A stretch of DNA of 64,000 bases from Bacteroidales bacterium (GCA_017540505.1 JAFYAW010000015.1:21550-85549); one strand, 5' to 3'. Counted from the first letter of the stretch, positions 50,101 through 58,543 are shown. Notes: generated by a model from the sequence alone, not told the origin. A program made the numbers and translations.

Positions 50101-50502
50101 CTTGTCCTGCAAATAGGCGGGACCCTTCTGGTAAGGGATATCCTGGGGATTGATGTTCCGATAAAGCGTACCTTTGGAGGGGGCCAGCTCAAAACCATTG
50201 ACAATATGGGAACTGGAGTGTAAGATTTCCACCGAGGGTGCACTGTTTTCGGGAATCATCAGCGAGGTGGCCGTCTGAAGCAGTTGCGGGTTGCCGACCT
50301 CGTTGATGGGATAAGCCTCAGACATGGTCAGCAGGGACATCTGCTGGTCATAAACCATGACGGAACGGGTGTTGAAATCCGGGAAATCAACACGGATGAC
50401 AACCTCCTGATCGGAGGATTGAAGCAGCGTAAATTGTATGTTTTGGGCAAAGGATGATAAAAAACACAGAAGTGAAGCCAAAAACAGGCAAGTTTTTTTC
50501 AT
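47179..50502 (-). CDS. peptidase C25 (gingipain-like cysteine protease) with T9SS C-terminal sorting domain
   Basis: 1107-aa ORF with a signal peptide and a C25 propeptide-like N-terminus. The catalytic His context is ..VINYCGHGDYNMW.. and the Cys context is ..FIISVACVNGEY... There are Ig-like and jelly-roll-like modules, and the tail is ..VVYPNPTCDVVKI..GIYLMRVTD..KIVKQ. The stop overlaps the surE ATG by 1 nt. Confidence 0.85.
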   Translation of the reverse strand: MKKTCLFLASLLCFLSSFAQNIQFTLLQSSDQEVVIRVDFPDFNTRSVMVYDQQMSLLTMSEAYPINEVGNPQLLQTATSLMIPENSAPSVEILHSSSHIVNGFELAPSKGTLYRNINPQDIPYQKGPAYLQDKMLYNDSVTLGDSYQLHDYHGIPVRFYPFAYNPVRKELKVYSSITVRIRFNSTSDIQHPSRISKTFKDIYQNHFLNYHTMRSTPLEENGAILILAPQEFCAAMQPYADWKIKNGYPTEIVSLSTTGNTSSQVKNYITNYYNSHNLTFVLLVGDSGKFPTITANGNISDNYYGEIAGNDCYADVIIGKISAETVDHVNTQVDRFIQYEQNPPETSHFPVFCGIASSQGPGDNNEYDYDHIRNIDNILQNYTYTSGYEFFEGSHGGLDGAGNPTATQVANAINAGVGVINYCGHGDYNMWVTSSFSNTNVQNLTNYNKLPFIISVACVNGEYSGKTCFAETWMRATKNGQPTGAVSTLMSTINQSWDEPMCGQDRMNLLLTETSNLPQRHTFGGIVFNGLMHMMDTYSSSSNSEATKMARTWVIFGDPTLLVRTAVPQPLNVSYTNSVFVGSPNVTFTSPVENAKVSISRNNQVIGTGNISNGSLVMNLPTSAVPGDTFCVVASHPNYIPFVGTLTFIPNNGPYVMPESFTLNDNGNHDGNADNGETVNIDVDFHNIGNQNASNIQTVLSTNSPYVTIKNGTLNLSQLGAGANTVSQGAYKFKVADNAPAFETAIFTLMLTYNGEAKLQNFSIPLHAPKLSITDATILDTAGNRNGRLDFGEKATLLVNVGNVGNGSSANGTVYLSSPDGKIKFLRGPQSVPSLQVSQSYVAPFYIQVKSDVTEPTIAILRIAYYSGDYTEVKEIPLKIGASIEDWESGDFSQFEWQNDNSHLWTITTQGPYEGTYAAKSGTIGNNQSSTLSIVVESSHPDTVSFYYKVSSEENYDYLYFTIDGVKEGSWTGDINWTKAQYYINSGRHTLKWEYKKDNWMSAGSDMAMIDLISLPLASKSDVGIEEIVSDNEIVVYPNPTCDVVKILTPESRPMQYQLMDLSGRILKQGEFTQEQTLSLASYSNGIYLMRVTDKHNLVKTFKIVKQ

Positions 50503-50561
50503 AAAATGTCGTATTCTAATATTTTTGACAAAATAGAGGATTATTTTTACAAATAAGGCGG

Positions 50562-50569
50562 CAAAGATA
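50562..50569 (-). promoter_or_regulatory. -7 promoter box (reverse TATCTTTG, then CCGCC) for the C25 peptidase-surE unit
   Basis: GGCGGCAAAGATAC on the + strand, 60 nt upstream of ATG 50502. Confidence 0.45.
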
Positions 50570-50579
50570 CACTTTTTCC

Positions 50580-51323
50580 TTATTCTGCGTCTTCCCCTTT
50601 CAAAATGTCAACGACATGTATGATTTCGACACCTACATTGTGGGCTTCCTTGTAGGCATCCAGCATCTGGAGGCAATGGATATCGGTGGAGGTGATGTAT
50701 TCGGCCCCCATGTTGTAAATCTGATTCAGAATCTCGCCCGTCATAGCCTCAGCCACCATCGGATTGACGGCGGCAAAACGCCCGTTGGCCCCGCAACAGC
50801 CATGTATGCTGTCATCGGTCAGCAAGTCCAGTCCGCGCGTGTTGCGCAGCAGGGTCTCCGGTGCATCATTGGCAGGATACAGGTTCCGCGCCGAACAGCT
50901 CTTGAAATAGAAAACCCTATGGTTAAATGTGTTGCCAAGACTTTCGACTTTCTTGATGTTGACAATATAGTCACAGATTTCGTAGATGTGTGAGATGAAA
51001 GCCTTAAGGTCTTGCGGAGGTTGGCTGTTTTCCAGCAATTTCTTATAATACTGCTTGATGAAGCCGGCACAAGAGGAATCCGGGATGATGAAGGGCAGGT
51101 TGACATCATGGTTGTTGATGACGTGCAATCCCATGTTTTGCGCGTATTCAATCTCACCCTGCATATAGAAACGTTTGCCGCAGCAAGTCTGTTCGTCAAT
51201 GTATTGGCAAATCAACCCCAGCCGTTGCAGCACCGTAAAGGTGCTGGCAGCGGTTCCAGATTGGAAGATGTCCATCTGACAAGGGATGAACACATTGATG
51301 ATGTTACTGCGGTCGTCTGCCAT
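50580..51323 (-). CDS. (Fe-S)-binding CCG-domain protein (LutA / HdrB-like)
   Basis: 247-aa ORF with two Cys-rich CCG motifs (..EQTCCGKRF.., ..HGCCGANG..). Confidence 0.78.
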   Translation of the reverse strand: MADDRSNIINVFIPCQMDIFQSGTAASTFTVLQRLGLICQYIDEQTCCGKRFYMQGEIEYAQNMGLHVINNHDVNLPFIIPDSSCAGFIKQYYKKLLENSQPPQDLKAFISHIYEICDYIVNIKKVESLGNTFNHRVFYFKSCSARNLYPANDAPETLLRNTRGLDLLTDDSIHGCCGANGRFAAVNPMVAEAMTGEILNQIYNMGAEYITSTDIHCLQMLDAYKEAHNVGVEIIHVVDILKGEDAE

Positions 51324-51334
51324 AGTAAGGATTT

Positions 51335-54085
51335 TTAATTACCACATTTGGAATAACCGCAGGAGGTGCAAACCAGACAACCCTCCTTAAACTCCATCGT
51401 GCCTTTCTGATGGCACTTGGGACATTCGGCACTCTCCTGTTTGGTGCCGTCCTGGATGAATTTCTTCAGGGCGCGACACACACCGTTACGCCAGGAGTTG
51501 ATGCTCTCCTGACGGAAGTTCAGACTGGAGATGATGCTGACGATATTGGTCACCGGGATGCCGTTGCGCAACAGTGCCGAGGTCATCTTGGCATAGTTCC
51601 AGAACTCCTGGTCGAAGCAGCGGTCCAGACCGCACAGGCGCACCTCGTAGCCGGCCTTATCATAGTATTTGAAGTCGTACGACTTGGTGCCGTCTTCGTG
51701 GCGGTTCTTGATGATGATGCCATGTTCCACCCATTTCGGAAGCTGGAAACTCTCCTCACCCGTCTTGCCGGTGAAGATTTCGTAAGGCTTGCCGTTGTAA
51801 AGTCCGATGTAAGCCACCCAGTCCTCGTTGTTGTTCTTGAAATGGATGATGTCGGCGTGAAGTTCTTTCGGGCGTTTGAAGTTCTTGGGCAGGTTGTTTT
51901 TGTTCTCCTCGGGTTTCTTCTCCGAGATGGAGGTCAGCACACCCGTGCGGGATCCGTCGCGATAGACGGTCAAGCCCTTGCAGCCACACTGCCAGGCCTT
52001 GAGGTAAAGATCTGCCACGGTCTGCTCCGACACGTTGTTGGGCAGGTTCACCGTCACGGAGATGGAGTGGTCCACCCATTTCTGCACAGAGCCCTGCAGT
52101 TCCACCTTCTTGATGTAGTCGGTGTCGGCGGCAGTGGACTTGAAATAGGGGGATTTCTCCACCAACGCCATCACCTCTTTCTCGCTCATCTGCTTCATCT
52201 GTTCAAAGGTGTAGCCTTGGGTTTCGGCCCAGACCACGAATTTGGGATGGAAGACCATGTACTCCTCGAAGCTGTCGCCCATCTCATCCTTGACGATGGT
52301 TTTGGAGATGTTGATGTCGTTGGGGTTGATTTTGCGTTTGCGCTTATAGGCCACGTTGAAGGCGGGTTCGATGCCGGAGGTGGTCTGCGTGCAGATGCTG
52401 ACGCTGCCAGTGGGGGCGATGGTCAGCAGGGCGATGTTGCGCCGTCCGTAACGCACCATGTCGTCATACAGCTTCGGGTCGGCTTTCTGTATCCGTTGGA
52501 TGAAGGGGTTGTGGCCCTCTTTGATGCAGCTATAGACGGGAAATGCGCCACGCTCGCGGGCCATGTTCACAGAGGAACGGTAGGCGGCCAGGGCCAGCTG
52601 TTTGTGCACTTCCGTGGAGAAGGCGTTGCCCTCGTCGGAGCCGTAGCGGATGTTCAGAGCGGCCAGCATGTCGCCCTCCGCGGTGATGCCCAGACCCGTG
52701 CGGCGACCCTTGGTGGACTGGCGGCGGATCTTCAGCCACAGCTCTTTCTCCACCCGTTTGATGCTCTCACTCTCCGGATCGCTGTCGATTTTGGCGAGGA
52801 TCTGGTCTATCTTTTCCAACTCCAAATCGATGATGTCGTCCATCAGCCGTTGGGCATACTGAACATGCTGTTTGAAAAGCGGCATGTTGAAGTATGCCTG
52901 GTCGGTGAAGGGGTGTTCAACATAGCTATATAGGTTAATGGCGATGAGGCGGCAGCTGTCGTAGGGGCAGAGCGGAATCTCACCGCAGGGGTTGGTGGAG
53001 ACGGTCTTGAAACCCTCATCCTCGTAGCAGTCGGGTACCGACTCGCGCCGGATGGTGTCCCAGAAAAGGACGCCCGGTTCTGCCGACTTCCAGGCATTGT
53101 GGATGATCTTCTTCCACAATTTGGAAGCATCGATATCCTGTTTGAATTTGGGATTTTCGGAATAGATGGGATAGGTCTGGGAGTAAGTCTCGTTGTTCTG
53201 GGCGCAGCGCATGAACTCGTCATCGAGGCGCACCGACACGTTGGCACCGGTGACTTTCCCTTCCGTCATCTTGGCATCGATGAAGCGTTCGGCATCCGGA
53301 TGTTTGATGGAGATAGAGAGCATCAAGGCCCCGCGGCGGCCGTCTTGGGCGACCTCGCGGGTAGAGTTGGAATAACGTTCCATGAAGGGCACCACGCCGG
53401 TGGACGACAACGCGCAGTTCTGCACATGGCTGCCTGTGGGACGGATGTCGGACAGGTCGTGGCCCACGCCGCCGCGACGTTTCATCAGCTGCACCTGCTC
53501 CTCATCCATCTTCATGATGCCACCGTAGGAGTCGGAATCCCCCTCATTGCCAATGACGAAGCAGTTGGACAGGGAGACGATCTGGTCGTGATTGCCGATA
53601 CCCGCCATAGGACTGCCCTGGGGCACGATGTAGCGGAAATGGTCGAAGAGGGAGAAGATAAGCTCCTCACTCATCGGGTTGGCGTAACGTCTCTCGATGC
53701 GGGCGAACTCGCTGGCCATACGGTGGTGCATGTCCTCCGGGGTCCGCTCCTGCAGGCTGCCGTTCCGGTCCTTCAAAGCGTATTTGTCGATCCAAACGCC
53801 GGCAGCCAGCTCGTCACCGTTGAAATAACGGACCACATCGGCAAGTATCTCTTTCTTCGTGTAGGTCTTCTTCGGGGTGGACGAGGTGGTTTCGTTCATG
53901 GAATTTTTTTCCGGTTCAGCCGCAGAAGTAACGATTTCATCCGTTTCCGCCTGCTGCGTCATCTTCTGGATGGCATTTTCGCGTGATTGAAGCAACTCCG
54001 ACACCTTCGGCGTCTCGCCGGTGGTGGTTAGCGTTTCAGCTACAGAATCGTCTTCGAAACCGAAAAGAGATAAATCATTATTCAT
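51335..54085 (-). CDS. nrdJ: ribonucleotide reductase, class II (adenosylcobalamin-dependent) type
   Basis: 916-aa ORF with active-site ..STNPCGEIPLCPYDSC.., a C-terminal Cys-rich tail (CPKCHQKG..CLVCTSCGYSKCG) and no adjacent beta-subunit gene. The class assignment is inferred. Confidence 0.88.
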   Translation of the reverse strand: MNNDLSLFGFEDDSVAETLTTTGETPKVSELLQSRENAIQKMTQQAETDEIVTSAAEPEKNSMNETTSSTPKKTYTKKEILADVVRYFNGDELAAGVWIDKYALKDRNGSLQERTPEDMHHRMASEFARIERRYANPMSEELIFSLFDHFRYIVPQGSPMAGIGNHDQIVSLSNCFVIGNEGDSDSYGGIMKMDEEQVQLMKRRGGVGHDLSDIRPTGSHVQNCALSSTGVVPFMERYSNSTREVAQDGRRGALMLSISIKHPDAERFIDAKMTEGKVTGANVSVRLDDEFMRCAQNNETYSQTYPIYSENPKFKQDIDASKLWKKIIHNAWKSAEPGVLFWDTIRRESVPDCYEDEGFKTVSTNPCGEIPLCPYDSCRLIAINLYSYVEHPFTDQAYFNMPLFKQHVQYAQRLMDDIIDLELEKIDQILAKIDSDPESESIKRVEKELWLKIRRQSTKGRRTGLGITAEGDMLAALNIRYGSDEGNAFSTEVHKQLALAAYRSSVNMARERGAFPVYSCIKEGHNPFIQRIQKADPKLYDDMVRYGRRNIALLTIAPTGSVSICTQTTSGIEPAFNVAYKRKRKINPNDINISKTIVKDEMGDSFEEYMVFHPKFVVWAETQGYTFEQMKQMSEKEVMALVEKSPYFKSTAADTDYIKKVELQGSVQKWVDHSISVTVNLPNNVSEQTVADLYLKAWQCGCKGLTVYRDGSRTGVLTSISEKKPEENKNNLPKNFKRPKELHADIIHFKNNNEDWVAYIGLYNGKPYEIFTGKTGEESFQLPKWVEHGIIIKNRHEDGTKSYDFKYYDKAGYEVRLCGLDRCFDQEFWNYAKMTSALLRNGIPVTNIVSIISSLNFRQESINSWRNGVCRALKKFIQDGTKQESAECPKCHQKGTMEFKEGCLVCTSCGYSKCGN

Positions 54086-54349
54086 AGGCTTTACTCAATA
54101 AGTGTTTATTATTTTACAAAGGTGATGGTTTGATGCAAACGGAGCAAAAAATGACAATCCGACCAGATAGTGCTTAAAGTATAAGTAGTTAAAGGAGAAT
54201 ACAATAGCTGAAATTTTCGCTGGAAATTTTTCAGTCTGCTAAAATAGAAAATAGGTCCCATATCGGGACCGTGAAAACACCACTTTATATTAACAAAAAT
54301 ACGTTAATATTTTTTCGGGTTGATAATTAGAGCATTAATGATTTTGTGA

Positions 54350-54384
54350 AAAAAAAAAGGGAATCTTCTGAGTGGAAGATTCCC
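54350..54384 (-). terminator. intrinsic terminator after fabD
   Basis: The reverse strand reads GGGAATCTTC-CACTCA-GAAGATTCCC followed by T9, starting 7 nt after the fabD stop. Confidence 0.88.
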
Positions 54385-54390
54385 CAATTT

Positions 54391-55266
54391 TTATAAGCCG
54401 ATGGTTTCCACGGAGGGATCGATACGCCGGATCAGTCCGCACAAAGTGGTGCCGGGTCCGAACTCACGGAAGGAGACGGCTCCGTCGGCAACCATCTGAC
54501 GTACAGACTGTTTCCACCACACCGGGTGAGTCAGCTGCGACAGCAGGTTTTGCCGGATAATGTCGGGAGTTGTAGATGCGGTGGCTGAAGCGTTCTGATA
54601 TACGGGACAGGAGGGCTCATGGAAGCGAGTATTCCGGATGGCCTCAGCCAGCTCGTCCTGGGCCGGCTGCATCAATGGCGAATGGAAGGCCCCGCCCACA
54701 TTGAGCATCATCATGCGTTTGGCTCCGGCTTCCCGAAGCTTGCCCATGGCCAGCTCCAGCCCACGCATGCTGCCGGAAATCACCAGCTGCTGCGGACTGT
54801 TGTAATTGGCCGGCACCACCACCTCATCATGGATGGTCGCGCACACCTCTTCCACGATGGCATCATCGAATTTCAGAACGACGGCCATGCCGGATTCGCA
54901 CAGTTCGCAGGCCCGCTGCATGGCATGGGCCCGCTTGCTGACTAACAGGAGCGCATCCTCGAATGTCAGGCAGCCGTTGGCCGCCAGCGCGGTGAACTCG
55001 CCCAACGAGTGTCCTGCCACCATGTCGGGCTGTCCGTCAGCCAAACAGCGGAAAGCCACATACGCGTGCAAAAAGACCGCCAGCTGGGTGACCTTGGTCT
55101 GCTTCAGCTCCTCCTCCGTTCCATGGAACATGGTTTCTGACAAGGGGAAACCGAGTATCTCGTCAGCCTGTTGGAAGAGTTCCTTGGCTAGCGGGTACTG
55201 TTCGCACAAGTCGTGCCCCATACCGGAAAATTGTGCCCCCTGTCCGGGAAAAACGTAGGCTTTCAT
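54391..55266 (-). CDS. fabD: ACP S-malonyltransferase
   Basis: 291-aa ORF (MKAYVFPGQGAQ..) with active-site GHSLGE. Confidence 0.95.
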   Translation of the reverse strand: MKAYVFPGQGAQFSGMGHDLCEQYPLAKELFQQADEILGFPLSETMFHGTEEELKQTKVTQLAVFLHAYVAFRCLADGQPDMVAGHSLGEFTALAANGCLTFEDALLLVSKRAHAMQRACELCESGMAVVLKFDDAIVEEVCATIHDEVVVPANYNSPQQLVISGSMRGLELAMGKLREAGAKRMMMLNVGGAFHSPLMQPAQDELAEAIRNTRFHEPSCPVYQNASATASTTPDIIRQNLLSQLTHPVWWKQSVRQMVADGAVSFREFGPGTTLCGLIRRIDPSVETIGL

Positions 55267-55274
55267 ATAAGTAT

Positions 55275-56504
55275 TTAGCGTATTTCGAAGTTTTTACGAA
55301 GGATGTCCACATAATCCAGCTTCTCCCAAGGGAAGAAAGTGATTTTCTTGCCGTGAACCTTCTTCTCATAGCAGTCGCGGCCGAAATGTCCGTAGGAGGC
55401 GGTAGGCTGGTAGATGGGGTTTTTCAACTGGAAGCGTTCGATGATGGCATGCGGGCGCATATCGAAGATAGCTTCTATTTTCTTGGCGATTTTGCCGTCC
55501 GTCATATTCACCTTCGCCGTACCGTAAGTGTTCACATAGAGGCCCACGGGTTTGGCTTTGCCGATGGCGTAGGCCACCTGCACGAGCACCTGGTCGCACA
55601 AGCCGGCGGCCACCATGTTCTTGGCAATATGACGGGTGGCGTAGGCTGCAGAGCGGTCCACCTTGGAGGGGTCCTTGCCTGAGAAGGCACCGCCGCCGTG
55701 CGCACCGCGGCCACCGTAAGTGTCCACGATGATTTTGCGGCCCGTAAGCCCCGTGTCACCGTGCGGTCCGCCCACCACGAACTTGCCCGTGGGGTTGACA
55801 TATAAGTTGTAACGACGGTCGAATAACTTTTTAACATTGTCCGGACAACCTGCTATCACACGAGGAATGAGGATGTTGCGGATGTCTTGCTCAATGGTCT
55901 TCAACATGGCGCGATCCTTGTCAAACTCGTCATGCTGGGTGGAAATCACAATGGTGTCGATGCCTTCTGGTATGTCATTGTCGGAATATTTCACCGTAAC
56001 CTGCGACTTGGAGTCGGGACGAAGGTAGGTCATCTGCCGGCCCTCCTTACGGATGGCGGCCAGCTCCTGTACCAGCCGGTGGGCCAGTTCGACGGGCAGC
56101 GGCATGTAGTTGTCCATTTCGTTGCAGGCGTAGCCGAACATCATACCCTGGTCACCGGCTCCCTGATCCTCCACATTGGTGCGCTCCACACCCTGGTTGA
56201 TGTCGGGCGACTGTCCGTGGATGGCGGAGATGATACCACACGACTTGTAGTCGAACTGGTAATCGCTCTTGTCATAGCCGATTTCTTTAATCACGCCTCT
56301 GGCAACATCATCGATAGAGACGTAGGCATTGGTTTTCACTTCGCCGGCACATACCACCAGTCCGGTGGTGGCCAAGGTTTCGCAAGCCACTTTTGATTCG
56401 GGATCCTGAGCCAGGAACGAATCCAACAAAGCGTCTGAAATTTGATCACACAGTTTGTCCGGGTGTCCTTCAGATACTGATTCAGATGTGAATAGATAGC
56501 TCAT
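55275..56504 (-). CDS. metK: S-adenosylmethionine synthase
   Basis: 409-aa ORF (..[11 protein letters not shown].., [21 protein letters not shown]). Confidence 0.96.
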   Translation of the reverse strand: MSYLFTSESVSEGHPDKLCDQISDALLDSFLAQDPESKVACETLATTGLVVCAGEVKTNAYVSIDDVARGVIKEIGYDKSDYQFDYKSCGIISAIHGQSPDINQGVERTNVEDQGAGDQGMMFGYACNEMDNYMPLPVELAHRLVQELAAIRKEGRQMTYLRPDSKSQVTVKYSDNDIPEGIDTIVISTQHDEFDKDRAMLKTIEQDIRNILIPRVIAGCPDNVKKLFDRRYNLYVNPTGKFVVGGPHGDTGLTGRKIIVDTYGGRGAHGGGAFSGKDPSKVDRSAAYATRHIAKNMVAAGLCDQVLVQVAYAIGKAKPVGLYVNTYGTAKVNMTDGKIAKKIEAIFDMRPHAIIERFQLKNPIYQPTASYGHFGRDCYEKKVHGKKITFFPWEKLDYVDILRKNFEIR

Positions 56505-56617
56505 AACTAACGTTTTAAAATGATTAAAAGAATAAATACGGAAAACGTGTGGGAAATGTTTTTAGCATTTTTTAATGTGGTTGCAATCATTACAAATCTG
56601 TCCACGTTTTCGGGCGG

Positions 56618-56625
56618 CAAAGATA
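56618..56625 (-). promoter_or_regulatory. -7 promoter box (reverse TATCTTTG, then CCGCCC) for metK
   Basis: GGCGGCAAAGATAC on the + strand, 114 nt upstream of ATG 56504. It forms the left half of a 39-bp palindromic divergent-promoter arrangement. Confidence 0.5.
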
Positions 56626-56638
56626 CGTTTTTTTTTTG

Positions 56639-56646
56639 TACTTTTG
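56639..56646 (+). promoter_or_regulatory. -7 promoter box TACTTTTG (then CCGCC) for the TM1266-like gene and hydG
   Basis: GTACTTTTGCCGCC, 43 nt upstream of ATG 56689. Confidence 0.5.
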
Positions 56647-56688
56647 CCGCCGTAATTAAAACAATAACCTAATCCAAAAGTTGCACTG

Positions 56689-56934
56689 ATGGAAAAGAGA
56701 ATTGGAACCGTTACCGTGCTGGTCAAGGACCGCGCGGTGGCACCGCTGGTCAACAGCGCTATCTCCCAATATGCAAATATTGTATTGGCCCGACAGGGCC
56801 TGCCCTTCCATGACCGCACCGTCGCGGTGATCGCCCTCATTGTCGAAGGCGAAGTGAACCAGATCAACGCCCTTTCCGGAAAATTAGGGAAAATCGACAA
56901 CATCGAGGTCAAGGCGGTGGTGACAAAATCGTAA
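56689..56934 (+). CDS. TM1266-family (ACT/NikR-C-like) putative iron-only hydrogenase system regulator
   Basis: 81-aa ORF (MEKRIGTVTVLVKDR...ALSGKLGKIDNIEVKAV). Its size, pattern and position directly upstream of hydG fit the family. The assignment is from memory, not a search. Confidence 0.6.
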   Translation: MEKRIGTVTVLVKDRAVAPLVNSAISQYANIVLARQGLPFHDRTVAVIALIVEGEVNQINALSGKLGKIDNIEVKAVVTKS

Positions 56935-56962
56935 TGGCAACGCATTCATCATAAAATAATTT

Positions 56963-56991
56963 GTAGAGACGTGATAATATCGCGTCTCTAC
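56963..56991. repeat. copy of the GTAGAGACG...CGTCTCTAC palindrome family
   Basis: GTAGAGACGTGATA ATATCGCGTCTCTAC has the same arms as the 7243-7270 copy and the half copy at the left window edge (positions 3-12 CGCGTCTCTA..). Confidence 0.75.
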
Positions 56992-57053
56992 AACAACAAA
57001 CGCGATATTATCAACAAACGAACAAACAAACAACAATTTAAAACAATAACAAT

Positions 57054-58508
57054 ATGCAATTTCATCCTGAAAAATGTCGCATTCCCGACGAAATCGGAAA
57101 ACCTTTCATCGATCCCGATGAACTGTGGGATTACATCCACAACACAAAAAGCACGCCCGAGCGGGTGCGCGAAATCATCCAAAAATCCTTGGACAAGAAC
57201 CGTCTGACGTTAGAGGAGACCGCCGTGCTCATCAACACCACCGAACCGGAGCTTGTTGAGGAGATCAAAGAGGGTGCCCGCGAGCTGAAACGCCGCATAT
57301 ACGGCAACCGTATTGTTCTCTTCGCGCCGCTCTATGTGGGTAACTATTGTGTTAATAATTGCAAATATTGCGGCTTCCGCTCCTCCAATCACGACCAGGT
57401 GCGCACCACGCTCACCGATGAGGAGTTCGTACACAATATCGAGGCGTTGGAAGAAGACGGCCAGAAGCGCCTGATTCTCGTCTATGGCGAGTCGCCGAAA
57501 TACTCGCCGGAGTTCATCGCGCACACCACGAAGCTGGCCTATTCGGTGAAGAAGGGCAACGGCTCCATCCGTCGTGTCAACATCAACGCCGCCCCGCTGG
57601 ATGTGGAGGGCTTCCGCATCGTGAAAGAGGCCGGTATTGGCACGTACCAGATTTTCCAAGAGACCTACCATCCGGAGGCCTATTCCTGGTATCATCCCGC
57701 CAACACCATCAAGGGCAACTACGAATGGCGGCTCACCTCGATGGACCGCGCCCAGCAGGCCGGCATCGACGACAACGGCCTCGGCATCCTCTTCGGCCTC
57801 TACGACTGGCGTTTTGAGGTGATGGCTATGATCCGCCATACCAACCATTTGGAGGCTTGTTTCAATGTGGGCCCGCACACAATTTCCTTCCCGCGTATCA
57901 AAGATGCCTCCGGCTTGAACATTGATACGAAGTATTTTGTGGATGACGACACGTTCGAGAAAATCATCGCCATCTTCCGCTTGGCAGTGCCTTACACAGG
58001 CATGATTCTCACCGCCCGCGAGACGGCCGAGTTCCGTGCCAAGGCCATCCAATATGGTATTTCGCAAATTGATGGCGGCACCAATCTGCAAATCGGCGAT
58101 TACAAATATCATCATGAGGAAACCGAAAAGAATAGCGACAAACAAGAAGATCAGAATCTGCATCGTGAGCAGTTCAAGATCGGTGATGACCGCAACCTCG
58201 GCGAAATCATCGAGGAGCTGCTGGACAATAACTTCATCCCGAGCTTCTGCACCGCCTGCTACCGTCTGGGCCGCACGGGCGAACATTTCATGGAGTTCAG
58301 CGTGCCGGGCTTCATCAAGCGCTACTGCACGCCCAACGCCATCCTTACTCTGAGCGAATACTTGGTGGATTATGCCACCCCCGAGGTGGCCGCCAAAGGC
58401 TGGAAGGTCATCGAGAACAACCTCGTCAATGTGGATGAGAAATTCCGCGACGAACTGTTGAAACGCATCGGGCGCATCAAGGCCGGCGAGCGGGATTTGT
58501 ACTTCTAA
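57054..58508 (+). CDS. hydG: [FeFe]-hydrogenase H-cluster radical SAM maturase HydG
   Basis: 484-aa ORF with radical-SAM CVNNCKYCGF, a ThiH/HydG-like TIM barrel and a C-terminal auxiliary cluster region ..SFCTACYRLGRTGEHFMEF... Confidence 0.85.
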   Translation: MQFHPEKCRIPDEIGKPFIDPDELWDYIHNTKSTPERVREIIQKSLDKNRLTLEETAVLINTTEPELVEEIKEGARELKRRIYGNRIVLFAPLYVGNYCVNNCKYCGFRSSNHDQVRTTLTDEEFVHNIEALEEDGQKRLILVYGESPKYSPEFIAHTTKLAYSVKKGNGSIRRVNINAAPLDVEGFRIVKEAGIGTYQIFQETYHPEAYSWYHPANTIKGNYEWRLTSMDRAQQAGIDDNGLGILFGLYDWRFEVMAMIRHTNHLEACFNVGPHTISFPRIKDASGLNIDTKYFVDDDTFEKIIAIFRLAVPYTGMILTARETAEFRAKAIQYGISQIDGGTNLQIGDYKYHHEETEKNSDKQEDQNLHREQFKIGDDRNLGEIIEELLDNNFIPSFCTACYRLGRTGEHFMEFSVPGFIKRYCTPNAILTLSEYLVDYATPEVAAKGWKVIENNLVNVDEKFRDELLKRIGRIKAGERDLYF

Positions 58509-58543
58509 ACTAAGGAGTTAAAAAGTTAAGGAGTTAAGAAAGA
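58509..58543. repeat. degenerate 8-bp-period array directly after the hydG stop
   Basis: ACTAAGG AGTTAAAA AGTTAAGG AGTTAAGA AAGAAG. Confidence 0.6.

Noticed and set aside
47179-50502. Identification of the C25-family protein as the T9SS sortase PorU.
   Set aside because: It has a gingipain-type propeptide and a canonical cleavable-looking sorting tail, and no porV neighbour. It is more consistent with a cargo protease. This cannot be excluded without a profile search.
54086-54301. Cobalamin riboswitch or NrdR operator upstream of nrdJ.
   Set aside because: I could find no B12-box-like core, and only weak half-matches to the 16-bp NrdR palindrome. It is left as an unexplained structured leader.
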